From an uncultured cyanobacterium (GTDB taxonomy: Bacteria > Cyanobacteriota > Cyanobacteriia > Cyanobacteriales > CAWCAG01): a DNA stretch of 64,000 nt. Location of the stretch: positions 64,001-128,000 of the forward strand of contig CAWDOD010000001.1 in assembly GCA_963803805.1 (NCBI GenBank), in the 5' to 3' direction. How positions within the stretch are numbered: position 1 is the first letter of the stretch; every line of letters starts with the position of its first letter. Positions 39,347-47,896 of this stretch are shown here, one piece after another. Below the pieces are notes generated by a model. That model searched no databases and was not told the DNA's origin. It worked only from the letters and a program-made list of their open reading frames with translations. A program made the position numbers and the translations under genes.

Positions 39347-40099
39347 ATGGCTAAAAACCTTACAGAGAAAAGATTTAAAAACATGGAAACCACAGACTAC
39401 CAAGATAAAAACGAGGCAGAGGTGGCTACCACCTTTACCAAGAAAGACTTAATCTCCGAACTTGGCAGGTCAGATAGATGTGTCAGGGGATGGATTAAAG
39501 TAGCAAGAAATGCTTATCACTGGATGCCTGAGAAGGAATTAGTGATCAAAGATGGCAAACGTCATGTATACACCGCTTTTATTCTTGAGCAATTGAAAGC
39601 TATCAAATCTCACCTTGAAGCTGGTGGGACAATCGAGACTTGGGAGAACTCTGTAGTTCAACCTGTCAAGAAAGAGGTTGAGGAGGAAGTAAAGACTGTT
39701 CCCAGTTCAGCTATTGAAATACTAGGACAGCAGCTAGAAATCGGGTTAGATATTCCTACAATTCACACCACCGAGGGCTTAGTTGATCTAAATGCTTTAG
39801 AAACTTTCGGCACAGAAGCCTTAACTCACAACCAGGAAGAATTAGTTGCTGAACAAGAACGGTTAGCAAGAACTAAAAATAAAGTTGCAGATGGTTTGTT
39901 GTCTTTGGCTAAGCAAATCTTCACCAATCAAGTTGCTGAAGAAACTGAAAGGCAGACGGATTTAGAGAAAGCTAGCGCAGAAGGTTTTAACCAAGAACTT
40001 CTAAGAATACAAGCTTATGAGGGTGGAAAGATGGAAGCTCGTAAAGCTTATCAGAAAGTCAAAGCAAGCGTGGGAAAGTCTTCCTCTGCTCAGTCCTAA
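39347..40099 (+). CDS. HTH plus coiled-coil protein (250 aa); predicted -1 frameshift isoform of 281 aa ending at 40191
   Basis: FTKKDLISELGRSDRCVRGWIK HTH; E/Q/K-rich helices; G_GGA_AAG at 40072-40078. Confidence 0.8.
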   Translation: MAKNLTEKRFKNMETTDYQDKNEAEVATTFTKKDLISELGRSDRCVRGWIKVARNAYHWMPEKELVIKDGKRHVYTAFILEQLKAIKSHLEAGGTIETWENSVVQPVKKEVEEEVKTVPSSAIEILGQQLEIGLDIPTIHTTEGLVDLNALETFGTEALTHNQEELVAEQERLARTKNKVADGLLSLAKQIFTNQVAEETERQTDLEKASAEGFNQELLRIQAYEGGKMEARKAYQKVKASVGKSSSAQS

Positions 40100-40134
40100 T
40101 TCTGCTACTGCTTGCAGTAGGAATGGGAATGGGA
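40072..40134 (+). other. Programmed -1 ribosomal frameshift signal (slippery heptamer plus downstream hairpin)
   Basis: In-phase G GGA AAG; hairpin core CTACTGC-TT-GCAGTAG at 40105-40120, extendable by ATTC/GAAT and TCCT/GGGA. Confidence 0.65.
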
Positions 40135-40159
40135 TATTACCTTGCGAACCACAACAACA

Positions 40160-40249
40160 ATGAAACAACAAACCATCAAAATCAGCATTGAACTCGCTCT
40201 ATGGCTTCTTACTATTGCAGCTATTCATTACTTGAGCAATCGCCCATGA
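40160..40249 (+). CDS. 29-aa hydrophobic peptide
   Basis: MKQQTIKISIELALWLLTIAAIHYLSNRP*; ATGA overlap with the next gene. Confidence 0.55.
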   Translation: MKQQTIKISIELALWLLTIAAIHYLSNRP

Positions 40250-40419
40250 TAGCCAAGAACGATAGTAGCGAATACAAACAGATAAATGGTTGTGTTCCAA
40301 AAGAGATAGCCATTAAATTCAAAGTTACCTGTCAGTTCTTGGAAATTCCTGTGAGTGAGGGAGTAGAACGAGCATTGTTTTTGTGGCTGTTTTGGATCGA
40401 AATACAGAAGGAGCAATAG
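40246..40419 (+). CDS. Small RHH protein (57 aa)
   Basis: YKQINGCVPKEIAIKFK...VSEGVERALFLWL; start coupled by ATGA (track start 40201). Confidence 0.65.
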   Translation: MIAKNDSSEYKQINGCVPKEIAIKFKVTCQFLEIPVSEGVERALFLWLFWIEIQKEQ

Positions 40420-40470
40420 TTGGCAAAGACTATCGCTCCAAACTCAATAATAACCTAACCAATTGTAACC

Positions 40471-40626
40471 ATGAATACTCCAGGTATCAAAACATTAATA
40501 GGAGTTTGTTGCATCGCCACTGCGATCGCAATACTTGTTGGAGGCATTTTTATAGCTATTGATGCTAATTCGGCTACTGCTAACAGTAACTCAACAAGCC
40601 AGACAAGAGGGAGTAGCAGAAGGTAG
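40471..40626 (+). CDS. 51-aa single-TM / signal peptide protein ending RGSSRR
   Basis: MNTPGIKTLIGVCCIATAIAILVGGIFIAIDANSATANSNSTSQTRGSSRR*. Confidence 0.6.
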   Translation: MNTPGIKTLIGVCCIATAIAILVGGIFIAIDANSATANSNSTSQTRGSSRR

Positions 40627-40706
40627 ATAGGAAAAAGCAGCCGGGGAGTGTCGTCCGAAGTATGTCAAAAATCCGGCTGCAATAGGATTCATTACTGGTA
40701 ACTATT

Positions 40707-40901
40707 ATGGACGAAAACAAAAGCGCTTTGCAAAAAGAGGCTCCTTATTTGCTAAAGCTTCAAGAAAATTTATCTCAAGCTTCCTTTGAAAAACTCAAAG
40801 CGAAGAGGATGCAATTGATGAATCAGCTTAGAGAACTACAAGTTGACTACCAAGCTTATGTACAGACTTGGTTGAACTTGTACTCCGATTCCGATAACTA
40901 A
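40707..40901 (+). CDS. Small coiled-coil protein
   Basis: 64-aa heptad-rich ORF within the operon. Confidence 0.65.
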   Translation: MDENKSALQKEAPYLLKLQENLSQASFEKLKAKRMQLMNQLRELQVDYQAYVQTWLNLYSDSDN

Positions 40902-40924
40902 AAATCAACAATTAGGAGATTAAA

Positions 40925-41602
40925 ATGGTAAGAAGAAAAGCAGAAATAGAAGCAGAATTAGCAGCAAAAAACGAACGGTTGCAGGAAGTGCTTGGTGAGC
41001 TAAAGGAGGCAAAGAATCAGCTTCAACCGACTAAACCTAGTAAGCTTGCCCAAACGAAGGTTCCGGGTTTACCTAACTTTACCCCTAAAACTTCAAAGGG
41101 TATGATTCCCCAGTTCAATGAAGGGGATTTCGTAATCAAAGACCCTTTAAACCCAAAGCTACCAACTGTATCCATCGAGCAGCATGAGGAGGCTGTTGAG
41201 AATTATAAGGGGGCAAATCGCGCTCTTGATCTTTATGGAATGGGTTTTGACACCACAGGCAAAATGTTTAGTGTTGTTGGCAAACGAGCTAAAGCTGTTG
41301 GTGCTGGTATTGATGCTGTAACCGAAACAGAAAAAACTAGGGGAGCTTTCCTTAACTATTTAGGGCAGTTGCAGTCTAACCAACAATCTGCGATCGCATT
41401 AAACGCAGCAACATATAAAACGGGGATAGACTCTCAATCAGCAGCATTCACCATAACTGGACTGGACTACTCTTTGCAGGAAGCTGAAGTGAAGAGTCAG
41501 CTTGCTTTAGGTAAGTTAGCAGAAACTAGCAACAAACTCAGATTACTCAAAGAATCTTTGGGTAACGATTTTATTGAAGCCAAAGCAGAAGAAACCGTGT
41601 AA
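40925..41602 (+). CDS. Coiled-coil / helical hypothetical protein
   Basis: 225 aa, good RBS (AGGAG). Confidence 0.75.
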   Translation: MVRRKAEIEAELAAKNERLQEVLGELKEAKNQLQPTKPSKLAQTKVPGLPNFTPKTSKGMIPQFNEGDFVIKDPLNPKLPTVSIEQHEEAVENYKGANRALDLYGMGFDTTGKMFSVVGKRAKAVGAGIDAVTETEKTRGAFLNYLGQLQSNQQSAIALNAATYKTGIDSQSAAFTITGLDYSLQEAEVKSQLALGKLAETSNKLRLLKESLGNDFIEAKAEETV

Positions 41603-41611
41603 AAGGAGTAA

Positions 41612-43789
41612 ATGATGATGAAACTTGATAAGAAAAAAGAAGAAGCTTTTTTTCTTATTACTTCTGCCTTGCTGGGGACTGGCATCGGTTTTGCAATAGG
41701 ATTTGGGGTCAAAGCATCTCCAGTTGTAGTAGCTGCTGTAGCGGCTGCTGGAGGCTTGCCGGCAGCCTTAATTACCTACCAGGTATCAGATAGTAGAAAT
41801 AGTAGGAAGCACCTACAAGAGGTCAAAAAACTTAATCAGGCCCATCGGAAGGAATTAAAAGAAGCTAAAGCCAAACTAGTTAAGTCTTCTAATCAATTGG
41901 AGAGGATATTTTATGCTAATACCTGTTTAGAAAAAGAAAATAGGGTTATTCCTAGGTTGAGGAAGGAAATAGCTGATTTATCTGCTGACTTAGAAGCAAG
42001 AATAGAAGCAATTAAGGTACTAGAAGAAGCAAACGAAACCTGGGAAGAAGGTTTTGATGACTTGTTAGAGAAGCAGTCAAACTCTAAGGCTCAACTGCTT
42101 GCTCAGCAAAGAGTTAGGGAAGAGCTTGTTTCTGTTTTTGACCATCATAACGGCTTTACTAAAAAAGCTATGAGTATAGCTTCGCAGATGGGGAAATTAG
42201 TAGAGGAAGCTGAGGGTAAAAATGATGCTTTGATCCTCAAAGATAAAGATGCAATGCTTCATTTTATGGATTCCTTAGAAGATTCTGGTAAGACTATGGC
42301 AGAAGCTAAGGCGGCATTTGCTGAAGAGAAGAATATCCTCAATGCCAAAATTCTTCATTTGGAGCGTCAGAATAAAGGTGAGTTGTTAGAGCCAGAATAT
42401 GGCCAACACGGCTATGATATTCCGGCTCAAATAGCTACTGATATTTGCCGAATCCTATGGAATAAGCATCAAGTACCTTTGAGGTTAGAAGGGGTAGAAA
42501 CCTCTAGAAGTGGGTTAAGTACAGCAGGATATGGTTATGGGGGTAATCAAGATTCTACCCAGCTTGTTAGCTTTATTAAAGACAAATCAAAAGCTCTTTG
42601 TGAACAGTTAGGGATTCATAAAATAACCAAGGTTGAGAAACTTGCGATCGCACCAGTGATTGCAGTTAGTTTTTTACGTGAATCAGTATTGAAAGAATCT
42701 GAGATTAAACTTCTGATTGGGAGTGGGGAAGAGTTCTTGAATTATGTAGTTAACCACCCAATCAGGTATAGGTTGATAGCAGATCCTGGTGAGGGTAAAA
42801 CTCCTACTACGGCTGTTATGTTATCGGCAATTCTTAAGTCTGGTTGCAAGACGGGTAACGTTCCCAATGGGCGCAAAGTTCCTCATACTTTAGTAGACGT
42901 TAGCTATCCAGATAGATACAGTTCTATTAAGGATGAAGAATATCCTTTAGATCGTTTTCTAAAGTATGCAACTACAAGAGAAGCAGTTAACAGCTTCAAT
43001 CAGGCTATTGAGGAATGGGAATATAGAAAAACTCATTTAGATTATGCTAAAAAGGTTTTTCAGATTCTTTTCTGGGATGAATTTGACAATACGATAAGTA
43101 GTGCTTCTAGTCCTAAAGATGTTGCTAACTCTCTTAAGATTTTACTAAAAGAAGGAGGACATTCCAACATTGGTTGGATACTCTCTGGACAGTCAGTAAT
43201 GACTCGTCAGATACCGGGCTTTACTAACGATGATCGGAGTTTGTTTACTGAAATAGTTATTGGTATTCCTAAAATTAGGAAATATTTACAAAACTATGGG
43301 AGAAAGCTAGGGGACAAAGTTAACAAAAAGCTATTAGAGAATCTTGATAGTATTGACGACTACGTTACTAGCAGAAATAGCAATATTGTCGATTCAGCTA
43401 GATTATTAAGAGTTAGTTTAGTAGTTGATAGCAAATCACCAAAACTTTTCTTCCTTCCTAACTTTGACTTAGCTAACTTTGACGAGGAAGCTATTAGAAA
43501 CTCAGAGAATGTAGCGAAACAAATTAGAAATGGAAGCTACCAAAGTAGATCCCAGACTAATGGGGGAGCAAAAGCTAAAAGCCAGTCAGGTCAACTGGTT
43601 AACCTATCCCAAGATTTGCCCCCACAAATGACTATAGAGGTACAACCCCAAACCCCAATTAGTAAGAAGATACCTTGTTGTCCTAAGTGTAACAGTACCA
43701 ACTTAGGGAAGAAATCAGCTAAGAGGTATTTATGTAAAGATTGTAGAAAAACTACAGGTGAACATTTGGTTAATTGGAAGAAAGTTTAG
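41612..43789 (+). CDS. Membrane-anchored coiled-coil FtsK/HerA-like ATPase with C-terminal Zn ribbon
   Basis: Two N-terminal TMs, long coiled coil, ADPGEGKT Walker A, LFWDEFD Walker B, ILSGQS, CPKC..CKDC. Confidence 0.7.
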   Translation: MMMKLDKKKEEAFFLITSALLGTGIGFAIGFGVKASPVVVAAVAAAGGLPAALITYQVSDSRNSRKHLQEVKKLNQAHRKELKEAKAKLVKSSNQLERIFYANTCLEKENRVIPRLRKEIADLSADLEARIEAIKVLEEANETWEEGFDDLLEKQSNSKAQLLAQQRVREELVSVFDHHNGFTKKAMSIASQMGKLVEEAEGKNDALILKDKDAMLHFMDSLEDSGKTMAEAKAAFAEEKNILNAKILHLERQNKGELLEPEYGQHGYDIPAQIATDICRILWNKHQVPLRLEGVETSRSGLSTAGYGYGGNQDSTQLVSFIKDKSKALCEQLGIHKITKVEKLAIAPVIAVSFLRESVLKESEIKLLIGSGEEFLNYVVNHPIRYRLIADPGEGKTPTTAVMLSAILKSGCKTGNVPNGRKVPHTLVDVSYPDRYSSIKDEEYPLDRFLKYATTREAVNSFNQAIEEWEYRKTHLDYAKKVFQILFWDEFDNTISSASSPKDVANSLKILLKEGGHSNIGWILSGQSVMTRQIPGFTNDDRSLFTEIVIGIPKIRKYLQNYGRKLGDKVNKKLLENLDSIDDYVTSRNSNIVDSARLLRVSLVVDSKSPKLFFLPNFDLANFDEEAIRNSENVAKQIRNGSYQSRSQTNGGAKAKSQSGQLVNLSQDLPPQMTIEVQPQTPISKKIPCCPKCNSTNLGKKSAKRYLCKDCRKTTGEHLVNWKKV

Positions 43790-43795
43790 CTTAAC

Positions 43796-43833
43796 AAGGT
43801 GATAAGCAAATTTGTTTGTCACCTTAAGTTTTA
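43796..43833 (+). terminator. Stem-loop ending the 39347-43789 operon
   Basis: AAGGTGATAAGC-aaattt-GTTTGTCACCTT with G-U pairs. Confidence 0.6.
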
Positions 43834-43983
43834 AGCAAGCTTTATATTTAGTTCTTTTCAAAAACTAGAATAAACTAACTTCCAAAAGTGTAGACTCAGG
43901 TATTTTTAACTTTTGCTTCAGTCAGCTTACTAAAAGAAAGAGACAAGCTACCTGAAGAAGCAGTAATTTATTAAAGCAATATT

Positions 43984-44430
43984 ATGACTCGCTACCGAGA
44001 ATATCTATATTCAAAAGAATGGCAAAATAACCATAGAGTCTGGTTGAAGAAAGCCAACCACAGATGCTGTATACTTCCTTGGTTAAAATTGGGACAAGTT
44101 AAGGGAAAGTACCATCCTTACTCAATCCACCATACCAATTATGAAAACCTTGGCTCCGAGAAGTTTGGGCATGATGTTTTACCTGTATCTCGGTTTACCC
44201 ATCGGTTTATTATTCATGGTGTTTTATCAGGTTTTAAGCGTCCTTCTGAACAAAAGATATATCCTAACTTACCTCAAAGAATTGCCCATAATTGGGGACG
44301 ATTAGTTTTAAATAGACCTGCTCAATGCTTACTCATAGGTTTATTAGCAAGTCTTGTTTGGACATTTAATTGGGCTTATTCAGTGGCGATAATTTTGTTC
44401 TATACAGGTTTACAAGTTTGGTTTGACTAA
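43984..44430 (+). CDS. HNH-like nuclease with hydrophobic C-terminus
   Basis: YREYLYSKEW...IHHTNYENLGSE...DVLPVSRFTHRFIIH. Confidence 0.6.
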   Translation: MTRYREYLYSKEWQNNHRVWLKKANHRCCILPWLKLGQVKGKYHPYSIHHTNYENLGSEKFGHDVLPVSRFTHRFIIHGVLSGFKRPSEQKIYPNLPQRIAHNWGRLVLNRPAQCLLIGLLASLVWTFNWAYSVAIILFYTGLQVWFD

Positions 44431-45385
44431 CTATAGAATTTTACAACTATTAGATATGCAATACGATCAACCAGACTATCTACCTAAATTCAATCAAACT
44501 AGGGGCTATATTCCTAGTAGTTTTAATTTAATAAGAGCGTTCAACGAGCTTTGTCTTGAACCTCAATTTCTTAGCGATCAGTACTACCAAGCTTGTAGTC
44601 GATTAGGAGTTACTTGGAGCCAGTGCCAAGGAATTAAGTATTACCTTCAGTTATATAAGCTTTGTCGAGAAGTTAAAGGTAAGCTTTATCCCACAGGATT
44701 AGGTACTAATTTACTTCACGAATGGGACGGCTGCTTAGAGAATATTAATTCTCTTTATTTGCTGCATTGGAAGTCTCTACAATCACCTTGTTATTCTGCT
44801 TCTCTTTGGTGTCTCTTTTTTCAAAGTAACTTCTCTGAATTCACTAAGCAGGAACTCATTTTAGGCTTACAAAGGTTTGTTAAAAGCGAGAAACTAAATG
44901 TAGCTCGCTCTTCTATTATTTGCGATTGTGATTGGTTAATTAATAGTTATAGCCACGATTATTCTTGGACTAAAAGCCCCTTCAACCGCTTCCAGGGAAA
45001 GGTTAGCCTTGATGTGCTTCATACAACGAATAAATTTAACCAACAGAAAACATACATTTGGGAGTTCCTCAAACAAGGAAAACCGGATGTAGATGAGGCA
45101 GTAATTCTGGCTGCTTGTTTGGAGTTTGCAGGTAGTCGTGGATTAATTTCTTTGACAAATCTTACTTATGCACCTGGCTCTCCGGGTAGGGCTTTTAAGT
45201 TGCTGCATGACCTAGCCTTAACAGAGAAGCTGGAGCGGGTGATTAAAGATTGGCAACTACACTCAGAGGTGCAGTTACTTGTAGATGAAAATAACGCGGT
45301 TAGTCTCCAGGTATTAGTTGAGCCTAAAAAATTCGCATTTGAGGTACTAAATAAATATTATGAGCATTACTGCCATGAAGGATGA
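44423..45385 (+). CDS. DUF4007 (SspB-like) protein
   Basis: WDGCLENINSLYLLHW...FSEFT...ISLTNLTYAPGSPGRAFKL. Confidence 0.7.
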   Translation: MTNYRILQLLDMQYDQPDYLPKFNQTRGYIPSSFNLIRAFNELCLEPQFLSDQYYQACSRLGVTWSQCQGIKYYLQLYKLCREVKGKLYPTGLGTNLLHEWDGCLENINSLYLLHWKSLQSPCYSASLWCLFFQSNFSEFTKQELILGLQRFVKSEKLNVARSSIICDCDWLINSYSHDYSWTKSPFNRFQGKVSLDVLHTTNKFNQQKTYIWEFLKQGKPDVDEAVILAACLEFAGSRGLISLTNLTYAPGSPGRAFKLLHDLALTEKLERVIKDWQLHSEVQLLVDENNAVSLQVLVEPKKFAFEVLNKYYEHYCHEG

Positions 45386-46334
45386 CGTAAGGGCTTACTT
45401 AGATTCTATTGGTAGAGTTTCTCTGCTTAAAGCTGATGAAGAGGTACTGTTGGCTAAGGAGATTGCTCACTCTTCTAAGTTAAAAGTAGTTGGTGAGGAG
45501 CTTGCTAATGAATTAGGGCGACAACCAACTAAATCAGAGTGGGCTAGGGCTGTTGGTTTATCTGTAGACGAACTTGTTTATAAGTTAGAACTAGGGCAAA
45601 GCGCCAGAGACAAAATGATTAAAGCCAACTTGCGCTTAGTTGTCAAGATGGCAAAGAAGTATACCGGCCGTGGCTTGGATTTTATGGATCTAATTCAGGA
45701 AGGTAATCTTGGGCTGTTCAAAGCAGTAGAAATGTTTGATTACCGCAAGGGTTATAAGTTTTCTACTTATGCTTATTGGTGGATTTTTCAGTCTATTAAT
45801 CGGGGCATTGCTCAAAGGGGAAGAATAATTCGTTTGCCTGTTCATTTGCAGGAGAAGTACACCAAGATAAACAAGGCAACAGGGAGGCTTGCCAGGAAAT
45901 TAGGGTGCTATCCTTCCCTGGCAGAATTATCTCTTGAGGCAAGAATAGAGCCAGAGGAACTTGAGAGATTGAGAAAATGCTTTGCGAGTGTTGCCTCTTT
46001 AAATATTAAGATTGGAGAAGAGCAAGACAAGGAACTTCTCGACTTCATCGCTACTGATGCACCGGATGAAGAATTAATTCAAACTGAACTTGAAGAAAAG
46101 GTTGCTCAACTGTTAAGAGAAGTTCTCAATCCACAGGAAGAGGAAGTTCTTCGTTTACGCTACCGCATTGGGCAAAAACAGCCTAGCAATAGCGAAAAAC
46201 CAATCAGCCTGAAAAAAGTGGGTGAGGCGATGAATAACATCTCAAGAGAGAGAGTGCGACAGATTGAGGCGAAAGCTTTTGAAAAGCTGAAAAATGAAGA
46301 AGCTTTTTGGGAACTAATTGAATTTTTACGTTAG
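45360..46334 (+). CDS. RpoD-family (group 2-like) sigma-70 factor
   Basis: DDVRAYL..IGR, ANLRLVV, DLIQEGNLGL, GYKFSTYAYWWI, SRERVRQIE. Confidence 0.92.
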   Translation: MSITAMKDDVRAYLDSIGRVSLLKADEEVLLAKEIAHSSKLKVVGEELANELGRQPTKSEWARAVGLSVDELVYKLELGQSARDKMIKANLRLVVKMAKKYTGRGLDFMDLIQEGNLGLFKAVEMFDYRKGYKFSTYAYWWIFQSINRGIAQRGRIIRLPVHLQEKYTKINKATGRLARKLGCYPSLAELSLEARIEPEELERLRKCFASVASLNIKIGEEQDKELLDFIATDAPDEELIQTELEEKVAQLLREVLNPQEEEVLRLRYRIGQKQPSNSEKPISLKKVGEAMNNISRERVRQIEAKAFEKLKNEEAFWELIEFLR

Positions 46335-46408
46335 GAGGGGCAGCGCAACGGGACGATCATCCGACGCTAACCCCAACGACAACCAAGCAAGAGAAGGTTG
46401 ACAAAACT

Positions 46409-47896
46409 ATGATAGCAACAACAACTGATACTGAACCAATCGTTTTATCCCTATTTAGTGGGGTAGGAGGCTTAGATTTGGGTTTCCATGCCCAAGGATT
46501 AGAAATTGCGATCGCAATCGAGGCTGATGAAAATGCAGCTTCTCAATACCAGAAGAATTTCCCAAAAACTAAGGTAATTCAAGAGGATATTAGTCAAGTA
46601 AAAGTTAAGGATATTGCTAAGCTTTTAGACCCGCAGCGCCCTTTGATTATTATTGGTGGGCCACCTTGTCAGGGATTCTCTCAAGCAGGGACGAGGGAGG
46701 TAGATGATCCGCGTAACTTGATGATTGGGGAGTTTTTACGGTTTGTGGTTGAATTGAAACCTACTTTCTTTATCATGGAGAATGTCACAGGAGTATTAAT
46801 TCCTCGTTACAAGGAATTAATTGAGGGGTATCGTACCTCGGTAACAGAAGCTGGCTATCAACTTAGTGAATGGGTTTTAAATGCTGTTGATTTCGGTGTT
46901 CCCCAGAATCGGAAGCGGTTATTTTGGGTTGGAGGGCTTGAAGAGAAGCTGATTGCACCTCCTCCGGCTTATTCGGAACCAACAACTGTTAGGGCTGCAA
47001 TCGCAGATTTAGTGGGATACGATGAGGCGACTTGGACTAGGGATAAGCGAGGGGAATTTGCTCAATATCTTCTGGAAATTTTTCCTCCTATTACTGGTTG
47101 GGATGAATCGAGGTTAAGTAATTGCCAGCAGACTAATCACTCCTTAAAGGTAATTAAACGGTTTAAAGCTACTCCTAACGGTCAGTTAGAGCCGATTAGT
47201 CACTTTTATCGTCTTGACTGGGAAGGGGTTGCACCAACTGTCCGGGCTGGTGGTCGGGATAGGCATACGGCTACACGTCCAATTCATCCCCAAGAACATC
47301 GGGTCGTTACTCCCAGGGAAGCTGCACGGTTGCAGTCTTTTCCTGACTGGTTTGAGTTCTCAACTCCTAAAACCCATGCCCACCAGCAGATTGGTAACGC
47401 AGTACCTCCTTTATTAGCTTATTTTATTGCTGGAGTTGTTAAGAGGAGTTTTCCTGATCCTGCTGATAGTTTAGTTGAGCAGTTGAATTGGTTGCAGCAG
47501 CAGTTGCAGGAGAAAGATAAGGTTATTGAAAAGCTACAAGCTAATCTTGAACAACTGAAGAAAGTAAATGTACTTAGGGATGAGGAACTTTACTCTGGGG
47601 CTAAGGTATTGGTGCTTGAAGATGATTACTGGCAGGGCTGCACGGGGGTAGTTACTGGCAGAAATGGTGGTGGTTGGTGGGTAAATTTAGATGCAAGTTG
47701 TACAGGGAACGATGTGATTAGTCGTGTCGTTTTCAAGGCACGGCAGTTAACAGCTAATTTACCTGATTTTAATAGCTTGGTTTTTCAAGCACACAAGCAG
47801 CGTTATGCCAATGAGAATGAGAGGTTGCGCTTTAGACTGAATGGTTTGCAAAAAAGACTTGAAGAATTTGAAACTAACGAAAGGAAGGCTAGTTAG
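46409..47896 (+). CDS. DNA (cytosine-5) methyltransferase with C-terminal extension
   Basis: LFSGVGG, GGPPCQGFS, MENV, PQNRKR, EAARLQSFPD, IGNAVPP. Confidence 0.92.
   Translation: MIATTTDTEPIVLSLFSGVGGLDLGFHAQGLEIAIAIEADENAASQYQKNFPKTKVIQEDISQVKVKDIAKLLDPQRPLIIIGGPPCQGFSQAGTREVDDPRNLMIGEFLRFVVELKPTFFIMENVTGVLIPRYKELIEGYRTSVTEAGYQLSEWVLNAVDFGVPQNRKRLFWVGGLEEKLIAPPPAYSEPTTVRAAIADLVGYDEATWTRDKRGEFAQYLLEIFPPITGWDESRLSNCQQTNHSLKVIKRFKATPNGQLEPISHFYRLDWEGVAPTVRAGGRDRHTATRPIHPQEHRVVTPREAARLQSFPDWFEFSTPKTHAHQQIGNAVPPLLAYFIAGVVKRSFPDPADSLVEQLNWLQQQLQEKDKVIEKLQANLEQLKKVNVLRDEELYSGAKVLVLEDDYWQGCTGVVTGRNGGGWWVNLDASCTGNDVISRVVFKARQLTANLPDFNSLVFQAHKQRYANENERLRFRLNGLQKRLEEFETNERKAS

Larger units (their letters stand above)
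38439..39517. repeat. ~220-bp imperfect direct repeat (38439-38658 and 39298-39517)
   Basis: Colinear at offset 859; covers the leader and 5' end of the 250-aa gene. Confidence 0.9.

Noticed and set aside
39164-39403. 79-aa minus-strand ORF
   Set aside because: Overlaps the operator array and the start of the 250-aa gene; its KYL repeats mirror the DNA repeats
40637-40680. GCAGCCGG...CCGGCTGC stem (and a similar GC-rich stem near 46338-46374) as riboswitch
   Set aside because: No match to riboswitch consensus I know; probably mRNA stability or processing hairpins
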